A stretch of DNA of 40,026 nt from Mesotaenium endlicherianum. Taxonomy: Eukaryota. The stretch covers positions 343,755 to 383,780 of the forward strand of contig WELA01000937.1 in assembly GCA_009602735.1 (NCBI GenBank), given 5' to 3'. The notes beneath the pieces are model-generated. The model was given only the letters and a program-made list of their open reading frames with translations, was not told the origin of the DNA and searched no databases. Both the position numbers and the translations under genes were made by a program. This document shows positions 23,154 to 34,700 of the stretch, piece after piece. How positions within the stretch are numbered: the first letter of the stretch is position 1; the number at the start of each line of letters is the position of its first letter.

Positions 23154-25765
23154 ATGGCAGGCCTTCCAAAGGGCGCGCTTGTCCTTGTAAAGATGGGAGC
23201 TGTGGTCGGAGGAACTTTCGTGGGCTTATCATTTGCTGCATCCACTGCGGTTCAAATCACAGCCAAAATAATGGAGAGTCAAAGAGTCAGTGTCCCCAAC
23301 TCACTCACCAGAGCACACCCACCCCCCACCCCCCTCTCCANACATATACATGACCAACTCCCCAAGGTGTTCACCCATAGCAGAACCCCTCCTTGATGTT
23401 TTCACCGTGTTGCTTTCCTTGCCTAGTGTCTCTTACCACCTCATTTCCAGCAGTTCCCTTCCAAACTGCCTTCCAGTGATGCCCCTTCACCCCCTTTTCC
23501 TCTATTAATTCTCGTTAAGTCACAGGTGTTGTCCCCTTTCTGATTCGGAGGAAGGCTTCTAGATCCCAGTCCTCATTTAGGCAGCCCGTCTATTGACTGT
23601 CCAGTGTGACCACTCAGGAATTCTCAAAAGCCCTGGACCCTGCACTCGAAATGCTAAAACCCTGAACCTTAAGCTCGAATCTTGGGCACGCCAGACGTCA
23701 GTCATACGAGAGCTGCGCCAATTGAGAGAAGTTATTGTACTTCTTCTCGGTACAGCGGGTGGAGACAACCTGCCTGCCCGTCACAGACCCTTAGACTCAG
23801 TTCCTGCTGGCTCATCCCCTGCCATGTCTCGTCCCCTGCTACCTTGAACCCTGCCATCTTGAACCCTGGTATATACCTGAGAATTCCCGCCCTTCAGAAA
23901 GAAGTCCGTCCCTCAGGCTCTGCTTCTATCGCATGTGGGCTGGCCAGAGAGAACACGCCAGCGCCTCCAACCTCTGTTTCCTTCGTTATAGAGAGTGTGA
24001 ACGTAGCGTAGCCCCGCTGCTGGATGAGTTTTTTTTTTTTTGTGTGCACTGCTCAGCAGAACAAGCCCGTATCTTGAACTTTAACTTAAAATTCTACAGG
24101 GGCGTGAGTGTCTCAAACCCGGGTATTCAATCAACAAAAGCACCCCCCCCTCCTGCAAGACAGCGCCCCTCATCTCAAACCCCGCATTCAGCTGTGTGAA
24201 CGCGCTCCTCTTGCAGAATTGCACTGCGCCACTTCCTCCCCTGCCAAGGCCGCGCCTCTCCTCAACCCTGCACTCTGCTGTGTGCGTGTGTGAACGCACG
24301 CCCTCTTTTCTCCTGTAGAGAAAGGCAATCTCCACTCCCCTGGCAAACAATGCCCTCGTCGGAAACTTTGCACAGTGCCACGTGAACGTGCGCCCCTTAT
24401 TATAAAATCTTTTCTCCCGACAGAGACGGGCAGCTAGCTCCCCTTTCCCTGCAGGGCAACGCCCCCTTACCCCAGAACCCTGCTCTCTGCTGTATGTTGT
24501 GAAGAAGCGCCGCCTTTTGCTTTTCCCCCCTCTGCAGAAAAAGACGGCTGCAAAACATGCGGTGTGCAGCGACCCACACTTGTACACCTGCAAACCCTAA
24601 AAATCTGAATCCTAGCCGTAGCCTTTTCTTTTCCACTGAAGAGAAAGGCGGTTGCCGAATGTACGATGCCAGGGGCCAGCACTTTTTCCCCTGCAAACCC
24701 TAAAGCTCCAAAAATCTAACCCTAATCCTAGCTCACATTCTTCCTGCAGAAAAAGACGGCCCCAAGATGCGCGGTGTGCAAGGGTCAGCGCTTCTTCCCC
24801 TGCAAGCTCTGCAAAGGGCGAGCTGTCCTCTTCTGGTCGCCTCTCGCCGAGCCCATGTCCCCCAAGCCCTGCCAATGCCCCTCCTGCGAGGGCCACAAGT
24901 AAAGTCTAAACCCAACCCTAACCCTAGAACTAACTTTGACCCTGACTGAGCCCCAAACCTGCGTCACAAAACCCGGACCCTACTAAACCTAAGTGAGCCT
25001 CGAGCCTGCCTTCATCACCAAACCCTAATCTTGAGCCCCGCCGCGCGCTCCCTGCGGGGGTCATGGTTGAAACCGTAGACTTGGCTCAAATTTGGCCTAG
25101 CCTCAGCTCTCTGTCTCGCTAAACCCCGTGCCTCAGACGCCAGCCCCGGTGAGTGCCTCCCGGATTTGCCCAGGCAGGCGGGACAGATGAATCACGTGTA
25201 CGAATTACGTGTATGTGTAAAGTTGAAGGCTGGCGTGTTCTCGGAATGGCCCCTGCGCTCAGTCGGTAGCCCCAGGGGACCTCTGTAGTCAGCCCTTTTG
25301 TGCGGTTGTGTGCTGTGTGCTGCTCGGGCGTGAAGGAGCACTCAGGCGTGGGAGTGCTCACTGCCCCCCTTCCAAGCAAAGGCCCGTTTGCAGTGTGTGC
25401 ATATTCTGGGTTGCTGTTTGCACGCACCGATTGAAAGGACTACTCAGTGTTTATTCCACTTACCCCCCCCCCCTCCCCGCTCTCCTCCCACCATTCGTGT
25501 GCTCTGGCCTCTCTTTTCCCCCACTTTCTCTCGCGTGCGGGTTCTCTTCCGTTCTGCTTGCGCGGAATTCTGGAAGGCTCCAGGTGGCGCTTGCTGAGCC
25601 GTCAAGGCTGCCGGAGCTGGCGAGCTGACGCACTCCCCCTCCAATGCTCCCCCAAATTTTGATTGCAACGGCCTGATGTGGTTTTTCTCGGGGGATGGGG
25701 TGCGATGTGGCGAGGGGAGCAGGGTGCAGAAGTGCCTCAACTGCGCCGGCAGAGGCTACGTGTAG
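23154..25765 (+). CDS. ENA: DnaJ/Hsp40 cysteine-rich zinc-finger protein, homolog of Arabidopsis ENA (enhancer of AtNSI activity), 107 aa, 3 exons
   Basis: Exons 23154-23285, 24750-24898, 25723-25765 (324 nt, phases match). Hydrophobic N-terminal helix, then CAVCKGQRFFPCKLCKGRAVLFWSPLAEPMSPKPCQCPSCEGHKVQKCLNCAGRGYV*: four CxxCxG repeats with the ENA-type WSPLxxP..PC.CP.C.GH.VQ.CLNC.G.GY pattern. Confidence 0.88.
24150..24810 (+). repeat. Degenerate ~105-bp tandem array of the ENA exon-2 acceptor plus exon start
   Basis: Acceptor-like AG at 24216, 24318, 24423, 24537, 24641 and the real one at 24749. The copy at 24538 (aaaaagacggctgcaaaacatgcggtgtgc...cctgcaaa) aligns with the exon-2 start (aaaaagacggccccaagatgcgcggtgtgc...cctgcaag). 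Upstream units share gtgaacg and cccctgc motifs. Confidence 0.8.
24905..25030. repeat. Degenerate telomere-like (CCCTAA) tract after the ENA exon-2 donor
   Basis: aaacccaaccctaaccctagaactaac...aaaccctaatc. Confidence 0.7.
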
Positions 25766-27923
25766 GGGCTGCTGCTAACAAGCAAGGCATACCCCCCGTC
25801 AACATGCTCGAGATTTTTGCTCAGCGTGTAGCTAGGGCTCAAGTTTAGGGATTTGTTGGGGTAGCAAATTTCTAGGGTTTAAGGCTAGCTAGGGTAGCGT
25901 ATAGCTAGGGTAAGCATATAACTACGGTAGCATGAAGGTAGCATGAGGTTGAGCACGGGGGAAGGGTCAAGATGTTGCCTGGAGCTGGGGTTAAGGATTC
26001 ACCCTGGGGCTATGGCTAGGTCAACTGGTGTGGTTGGGAAACTGGCGGGGGACTACAACGGGAGGCCTTGAACTGAGAGGCAGCTGACTGTCTGTCCAGC
26101 TTGCACAAGTCGAGTTTTTTTGCTTCTGCTAGGGCTCTCGCCCTGTAATGGCTGTGGACGCGTGAGGCATGCAGGCAGCGGTGGGGTGAGGGTTCTGTGT
26201 CGCAGAAACGAGGGGGGTTGGGTTCCGACCTTGCCTGGTAGGGGGGAAGGGTTTTATGTCCCAGAGAAAGGTGGGTTTAGGTGCAGAACCGTGCTACCTA
26301 GGCTTGGGGTTTTCTGTCCAGGAATAATTTAGGATTAGGCTTAGACTGCCAGGTAGGGTGCGGGATAATTCGACACTTTGCAGGGCTGTTGACAAATGGG
26401 GAAGACATGCAGTTGGACCACTACTGGGTCCCATTCAGCACTTGCACACACGAAGACTTATTCTTTATTGAACTAGAAGGTCAGACTGTCTGCTGGTCTT
26501 ATCCTTCTGTAGGCTGCTGCTGGCCCACAAGTAGTCATATTATGTTGCCATAGCTAAGGGCGGCTTTGCACTCCTGTGATGTGAACGCGTGTACGCGTAG
26601 TTGACCGAGTGCCACGTTTAATCTCGGCACGTTGCAATGAGGACCAAAGTCGCCCATATTCTTTGGCAAGTCTTGGCCATGGTGCGGGCACATCCTAGCG
26701 AGCGCCAAGGGCAACTGCGTGCTTAAGTACAACAAGACTTCGACAGCCATGCAGGCAGCAGAAGCAGGTGTTGCAGACATGATCGCGTTCTCTCGATGTT
26801 TTGAAATTACTGATTGAGCTAGGGGCTACTTGGCCTGCTGCTGAGATGCCAGTGAATCTAGATGGCCGCAAGTTCAACGAATCCGCAGTAGTGCGAGGGC
26901 TACAAGAGAAAGTTAGCAGATTGAGCAGTCCTGATATAGTGCAGCATGGAGGACTACATGAAAAGTAGTTTGTACGCTCATAAGACCCGGCGCAGGGGAT
27001 GTTGTTCTGATGGTGTGCTGGTTAGCTGCTGTTTAATCATGTCTTGCGGCTTTACTTCCACAGCAGATGCGCAAAGCAGTGCCACAATTGTCTCTCTATG
27101 TGACATGCACCTCATATGTTAGCACATATTGAGTAAATTCTTGGTAATCTCTTGGTATTCTAGCAGTAAACCACCAGGCTCTGCATGTGCAGAACTCAGT
27201 TTTACATCTCAATTTGTCAAAAACCGTAGCATACTAAGACGTATACATCACATGACCCTTGCCCATCTTTCATAGTAAGATTGCTATGACCAATCGCATG
27301 GCATGCATTTGGGCGAGGGAACACATGGACGTGACTAAAGTAGAGTATGCACATCGATTAACAGCTGTTCACAACCACAAATATCTGCTCAACTGCGCTC
27401 TCCCCTTGCCGTCTCTTGCGTGCCTGCATGCCCGTCTCACATTAGAGCACTTAAGTGGGCACTTTGCGCAATGCATATGCAGGACCTACACTTACTCCCA
27501 ACCACCTTTGATTGATAAGTCTTCACTCACAACCGACCCGCAAGAGCTTAATGGAGAGAGCCTACTTAAATTTATATAATGTGCATACTAGAAGGTGATG
27601 AACGTGGTCAGGATTCGGTATCGAGCATTCAATCCCATTGATTTCGAATAATGTGATGGGGGGGGGATGGACAAAGTAGAGAGAGAGATTGGTCTTCAGA
27701 TCTTCCCAGATCTCTAAATTCATCTCCTTTCCTTCCAATACCAATGCGCATAGTCTGATACGTGCCCGTATGCATCCCTAGGTCCAATCTCTTCCCTTCC
27801 AAGATCTACATGCAAACTCTGAGGATGCGCACGATGAGGCTGGCCGGCACTTCTATTCCAAAATATGAACATCCTACGGGAGGTGGATGAAGTTCATCAA
27901 AATTGTGAAAGCTCAACGGAGTG

Positions 27924-29145
27924 TCAGCCGCTTGGCATGGCCAGGCTGTCGCCAGGTGGCGTGGCGTCGCCGTTGAAGGAGTCCAGGATGGCGAGCCGGT
28001 GCTTGTAGCGCGCGATACGTGTCAGCCACTCCTCCCGCGACCTGAGGCGCACTCAGACAGAGCGACAGAGCGAGCTTGCAAGCAGCTTATGGCAACCTCC
28101 AGTGTACACATACAATTGTTGCAACACATTGACAACTCCCGTACAAGAGAGCAGAGCAGGTAACCCACTTACGATCGTCCGTACAATCACGGTTGTACGC
28201 GAGGAGGTACACATAGATATTTAAGTCTGTGAATATAAATTCAACAGACCAGTTCTGACGCGACACCTGGGGCCGCAGCTTTCTGCCAGCTGTCATCAGA
28301 TAGCTGTCCCTGGAGGCCGGTCAAGCAGGGTCAAAGCCTGAGGGTCGGCCAAATGGGCTGAGAGGGAGAAGTGCGGGTACCTCTTGCGCGCTTTCGCAAA
28401 GCGCCGCATGTGGCCCCTCATCAGCGCCGCCGCAGACAGGTCCTCCTCCTCCTCCTCCTCCTCCTCCTCCGCCTTGCCGCTGCCATTTGGCATCCCCTGC
28501 TGCGCCCACGCGGTGCACCATGCAAATGGTGCTGACATCAGCACAGGGGCGGGCGGGCCTCCGGGCGGCTGGGCAACCGGGAACGGGGAGGCGGCGCTGG
28601 GCAGATAGATGCAGGAGTTGTATATTGAGAGTTGTGTGTTGCAAGCTCTCATCTCCTCCTCCTCCTCCTCCTCCTCCTCGTGGGCCCCCCAATGCAGAAA
28701 CTTCCTCCCAGCAGCATGCCCCACGTGTGGCGTCTCGCATGCGTACAAGAGTAGCTCAAGTTATTCGTGGCTATGTGGCACACACATACAACCTGCATCT
28801 CCTCACACATTTCGTACATACATATGTGCGCCTTCGAGGGTAAGTGCCTGGATGAATAACAGCTCGAAAGACCAGCCTGTGAAACACATGTGTCTCTACA
28901 TGTACATGACCTCAGAGGCACCTGCCCAACCCTCATACGCATGCGCTTCCTCTCTTTCCTTCTTTCTCTCTTCCTTTCGCGAACCGGCGACAACCGCCAA
29001 CGTACCTTGTGGTCCTCCGAGGAGCGGGGGGCGGACGATCTGGCGTCGTCACGGCCGTCGCTTTCGGCGGACTGGGATTCCGCTACCTGGACATCCTCTC
29101 GTCGAATCTCCACCTCCTCTGCGGCCATGGGCTTGGGCAGGCGCA

Positions 29146-29176
<31 letters not shown>

Positions 29177-31723
29177 GCCCCCCGGGGCGCCAGCGCGCAG
29201 GTTGGGCCCATTTGACGACAAAGGGAACCACCGAAGCGCTTGCTGCAACACACACAGAACGTTTTTTTAAGCAGGTGGGGCAAGAGGAGGAAGGTATGAA
29301 ATGAGGAGGATGCCGGGGAAAAAGCGGAGGGGGGAGCCTAAGGTAGAGTGAGGAAAAGCGGAGGGAAGATGGGGAGAGAGGGAGGAACGTGAGAAGAAAA
29401 CAGAGGGGAGAGAGTGACGACGGAAGGCAAGGAGGAGGAGGAGGAGGAGGATGGCCACATGCTGTGATTTCCACAAGTCGCAAGTGCCACCTGCCCGGAT
29501 GGCCACCTGTCAGGAGCGATGCATGGCAGCGCCGCCACATGCCATGACGACTACCCGCCAGGAGCTCCACGTGTCACGTGTCAAGGCCGCCACATGGCAG
29601 TACGTGGTATCGTTGCAGCCCCAGATCAGGCCACCAAGGGCGCAGGAGAGGGCGGCTTCGCTTGCTACTCGCTTCAGCACTATGAGTGAGCGAGGCAAAT
29701 GTGAACGGCGCCCGCACAGCTAGACCAAGCACACGAGACAGGTGTCGCGCAGGCAAGCAGCCAAATGTGCAGTCATCGGCCGGCTACGGGAGCCCGCCCT
29801 CTGTGGAAACGAACCCGTCGTGCGCACCAAAGGAGAGGCAGGGGAAAACAAAGAGCGCAGCAGGCAAACAAAGGGACATAGGAAGAGACAGGGGGAGGCG
29901 GGCAGGCAGGCCCTAAGGCCTTCTCTGGCGCTTGGGTGCCAACAACCAACGCGCAGCATGGAGTGCACGTGGGTCCAGGTCAGAGCCAGAGTTAGGGCTA
30001 AAGTTAGGGTAAGGCTTAAGTAAGACTTTGGGTACGGGTTAGGGTACGGCTTAGGGTACGGGTTAGGGTACCGGTTAAGAGTATATTAGGGTTAGGGCTA
30101 AAGCTAAGGTCAGGGTTAGGAATGAGGTTAGGTTTCAGGCCTTGGCAGAGTCTGAGCTCCGGTCAAAGGCCTGGACAGGTTGGCAACTGAAGGTTCACCA
30201 GTTTCGGCAAATTGAGGGCTAATCTCGGGGTCAGGCCTAGGGTTTAGCGTTCAACAGAAAGTCGGCGCTCGGGGCTTGCAAGGCGGAAAGGTACGAGCTC
30301 AGGAGGCTACGCTCCCGGGTTAGGGTTTTAGGAGGCAGCTCCCATAAGGCTCAGGGTGTACAAGGCAAGGCTTAGGGTTTGACGTCTAGGAGGCACGTCT
30401 CAGGGTCAGGGTTCAGGAGGCGAGGCTTAAATTTGATGATTAGGAGGGCACTGCTCAGGGTTAGGTGAGGGGCATGAGAGGCGATGCTTGCGGTTTCGGG
30501 TTCCAGGTTTCAGCTTCAGGTTTAGGGTTTCGGGCTTTAGGGGGCTTAGGAGCAGAGGGTCCTGGACGTACGTATGGTCTCAGCTTGAGTTTTTAGGGTT
30601 TGGGGTTAAGGGGCCTTAGGGGCAGAGGGCCCTGGGCGTACGTCTTCGCGGCGGGGGACGTCGTTGCGGAGCCAGCGCCGCATGAGGCCGTACAGCTCAG
30701 CGGGGTCTGCGTCCGAAGCCAGCCGTATCTGCTCTCCCCCCGGGCGCGCGCAGCGTGCATGCGTGTGTCAGTGTGAGTAGGCGGGGGTCAGGCGCTCACG
30801 TCGCGCGCCACAAAGGCATAGCCGGCAGGCTCCATGTAATGTGTAGGACTAGCATGCGTGATGCGTGATGAGTGGATGACATCTGGCAAACGTATGCGTG
30901 AGTGAAGTGGAGCGGAGCACGAATGTGTGCATGCCTGCTCCGCTGCATGTGAGCACACACACGCACGACGCACACGCACACAGGCATGCACACAGGCACG
31001 CACGCACACACACACACACGCGCGCTCGCACATATGCAAACAGCCATGCACGCACATACACGCACACTCACGCACATGTACACGCACGCGCACACACATA
31101 GTCACGCACACACACGGGCACACGCACGCACGCACAAGTGCGCGATTCTGAAACAGTACAAACATTAGAGGCGCGCTGGACCAGACACCACTAAGAAATC
31201 TCCTCCTCCTCCTCCTCCTCCTCCTCCTCCTCCTCCTCTTTCTTTTCCTCTTCCTCCTCCTTCTCTGCCTGTTTGTGCTCCTGCTCCTGCTCCTCCCCCA
31301 GTCTCCTCCTCCATGGTGAAGGTCTAGAGGGACAGAGGGGCGGGTGAGGATGAGAGGGGCGCGCGTGCAACTGACCCTGCGGTCGTGCACAGCGACGGTG
31401 ACAAGTGGCGGCGGTGGCGGAGGGGACGGCTGCGGCTGTGGCTGCTGCGCCTGCTGCTGCTGCTGCTGCTTCTGATGCTGGTGCTGGTGCTGGTGCTGGC
31501 CAGGCCTGCTATGAGAACACGACCCATGTTTGTCAAAGAGGGTTCATCTCACCCCCCTGGGAAGGCAAGAGCGTCATCACTTGCTCCCACGCTCCTCTCC
31601 CTCTCTCCCTCGACAAACGACACTCCTCTCTCTCTCCCACTCTACATCTCCGTATGTGTGTGCGTGTCTGTGTGTGCGTGTGTGGGTGTGTGTGCGTGTA
31701 TGTGTGTGCGTGTGTGCATGTGC

Positions 31724-31760
<37 letters not shown>

Positions 31761-34700
31761 TGCGTGTGTGTATGTGTGTGCGCGATGCGCGCGCATGTAC
31801 GTGTGTACGTACACGAAGAAAGAAGAGAGATACACGTAAGCAACAGAAGGCACGAGCAGCGCAAGTCACACGCGCCTGCTGGCACGCTCACGCAAGTCCA
31901 CCTGTCGGACAGCGTGGCAGCACTCCAAGCCCGACATCTGTGGAGGGTCAGGAGCCCTTCGCATTAGTTAAATCCCAACCAAAACTTCATCTCAAACCCG
32001 AGCCTCAACTTTGACCCAAGCTATTCCGAACCAGAAATCAGCCCCGTGTGTGAACCCCGATGCGGTGAATGCCCCTCACAGTGACTGATCCAATGAAAAA
32101 GCCTATTTCTAATCCAAAAGCCTAGGCAGCCCATTCAACCCTGACACGTCACTTTCAAAGCCAGTTAGAGCCACAGGGGCTCTTTGGAGGGGAACGCCAG
32201 AGACGAACGGGCGAGCCCGCTGACAGGTGGCGAGCGCGCAGGCGGCCACACAGGCGCGCAGGCGGAGAATGCGCGTACCTTTGAGCAGCGGCAGCGCCGG
32301 GGGCGGGCGGCGCACGGGCGCTGTGATCGGGCGCTATCCGGGCCGGGTGATGCTGAGAGGCGGTCTGCAGCCAGCAGGGCCATCGCAGGTGCCGCTCAGT
32401 GGCCCTAGGCGTCTCCCTCTTTGTACATATGCGCTATAATATATGTATGTATATATACGTATATGTATGTATATGTGAATATATACACACATATTTACAC
32501 ATACAGACAGACATGTATTTGCACATGGCCTCGGCACATAGTGTAGGAACGAACACGCGCATGTGGTCTCCTCCTTCTCAAACAGTAATAATATCAAATG
32601 CAGCCAAGCCCTACTCCTGTATGACCGCTAAACTCTAATTCCCGCCAGAAACACATAAAAAGAGGAGGCGAGGTGGGAGGCAGGAGAGAGGCCAGAGGCC
32701 AGAGGCCAGCTGGCGGGGGGAGCCCCCTCGCGTGGTCCCCACATACCTGGTGGGCCTTGCTGGAGGGGCCTCCCCTGTGATTCTTGCCGCCCCCGCCGCC
32801 CCCCCCGCTCAGCCCGCTGCCGCTGCCGCCGCTGCCGCCCACTTTGAAGAAGTGCACGTTCGACGCCCCTCCCGCCAGAGCAGCACTGATGACGTCAGAG
32901 GGGCCCCCCCGTGCGCTGGCGCTTCCAGATCGCGCCATATGGAGGTGCTCCTGCCTCTCACCATGAGGCGCCAGCGCGCCGCCGCTGCCCCTGGCAGCGT
33001 ACTGGGGCCCCAGCAGAGCGCCGCCAGGTGGCGCCTTGGAGTAGTCCGCATGTGCCAAATGCGCGGGGGGATGAGAGGGCTGAGCTGTCAGCATGTTTGC
33101 AGAGAGGGGGAGGTGGGTGGGGCCGTTGTTGTGGACGGCAGAAGGACACATGTACGCGGGAAAGGGTACGTGCTTGCCCGGTGGCGCTCCCTTCTTGGTT
33201 GAGCTGCCAGGGGCAGGCAGCCTTGTGGTGGTGGACCCGTCAGGCGCCTGCAAAGGCTGCCCGTTATTTCTGGGCAGCCTCTGGAACGCCTGGGAGGGCT
33301 GCCCGCCCAGAGAAGCAGCACCTGCAGCAACAGTGGACGGCTTCTGGTATCCGCCGGTCAGCTGAAACTGCCCGGAAACTACGGGCAGCCCGTGGTTGGA
33401 CAGCGGCGACGGCTGCTGCTGCTGATGTTGCACTTGAGGTAAATATGAGTAAGGACCTGTGGGACGGGACAGCTGGCGAGCGTTCAGTCCCCCCTGGACC
33501 TGCACTGGACCGCGCGGCATGCCGCCACCTGTGCTCGAGGTGCCATGTGGCTGCATGCCCTTGGGTGCAGCGCTGGCAAGAGGTCCGGGCGGACCTGCTG
33601 TTATGGCAAAGCTGTGGCCAGCTGGCGCCCGCACTTGCTGCTGTGGCGCTGCTGGGCTGCCAGCTGCCAGCTGCGGCCCCAGAAGCCCAAGAGCAGCGCC
33701 ATGCGTCGCCATGTGGGCGTAGGCTGACAGGGCCGCAACTTGGCTCCGAGGACGTGTCTGACCGTAGCTTTGACCAACTGCTTGACCTGATGGTTGACCC
33801 CATGGTTGACCTGGTACAGGTGGCGGCTGCTGCTGCGCTGCCTGGCTCAGATCCTTGCCCTGATGTGGCGGCCTAGGGCCCACTGACTGGGTGCCACTTG
33901 GCAGCAACTGTGCGTGTGCGTATGCAGCTCCATGCGCTTGGCCAGCTGATGACGGGGCACCGACGCCGGCCGGCAGAAAAGCGGCGGGGGACTTGCCAGC
34001 GCCAGCATGCAAGCCAGGTGGCAGGATGCCTTCATTTGGAGGGAGCCCCCACTGAGTTAGCCCTGAAGGACCCCCCTCCAGAGCAGGCACGGCCTTAGGG
34101 TGGGGCCCCGAGCCTGCTCCCGAGCCTGAGCCCAAGCCTCCTGCCGTACCTGCCCCTCCTGGCACTGCAACTAATCCGCCAAGTGCCGCCGTTCCAATCC
34201 TTGGAGCCGAGCTGGAACCCAAAGCTGATCCCGAACCTAAGCCCCCTCCAGCTTCGGCAGCACCTGCAGGTGTCATGGCCACTAGGGCCTGACTGGTGGC
34301 AGCACCTGGATCGGACGATGGGGGTCCTAGAGGAGGCCACGTGGCACCTCCTGAAGCATCTGGGCTTGGTCCTCCAGCATCAGAGTGCTGAGCTGGCTGT
34401 GACGTGGCCTGGGCCGATGACACATGCCTGCCGCCCAGGCTGCCCAGGGGGCTGCTTCCAATGGGCGCGCGCGCAGGCTTAGCCAGCGCCACCTGTCCCT
34501 TCTTCAAGGCTCCTCCTACAGGACCCACAGGTGCTGCTTCAAACTCCTGGGGCTGCGAGGGCTGCATCACTGCCACCTGGCCCGCAGCAATCTCAAGCAC
34601 AGGGGCGGCTGCGGGCGGCAGAGGCGGCGGTGTGCTGTGCGACGATGGGGCGGGCGGTGATGGTGTGGCGGCTGATGTGGACGTGCGCTGTCTCTTTGTA

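Noticed and set aside
26838..26900. Minus-strand acceptor-like TTCTCTTGTAG followed by PSHYCGFVELAAI*
   Set aside because: Lies downstream of the LIN37 stop with no matching donor or homology; at most a 3'UTR splice site.
24150..30500. Repeat-spacer-like periodicity (~105-bp and ~29-bp units) considered as a CRISPR-like array
   Set aside because: Eukaryotic intronic context, degenerate whole-unit duplications rather than identical repeats with unique spacers, and no cas genes.
32911..33876. 321-aa plus-strand ORF and other nested ORFs
   Set aside because: Antisense to the GC-rich LIN37 large exon; no recognisable domain.
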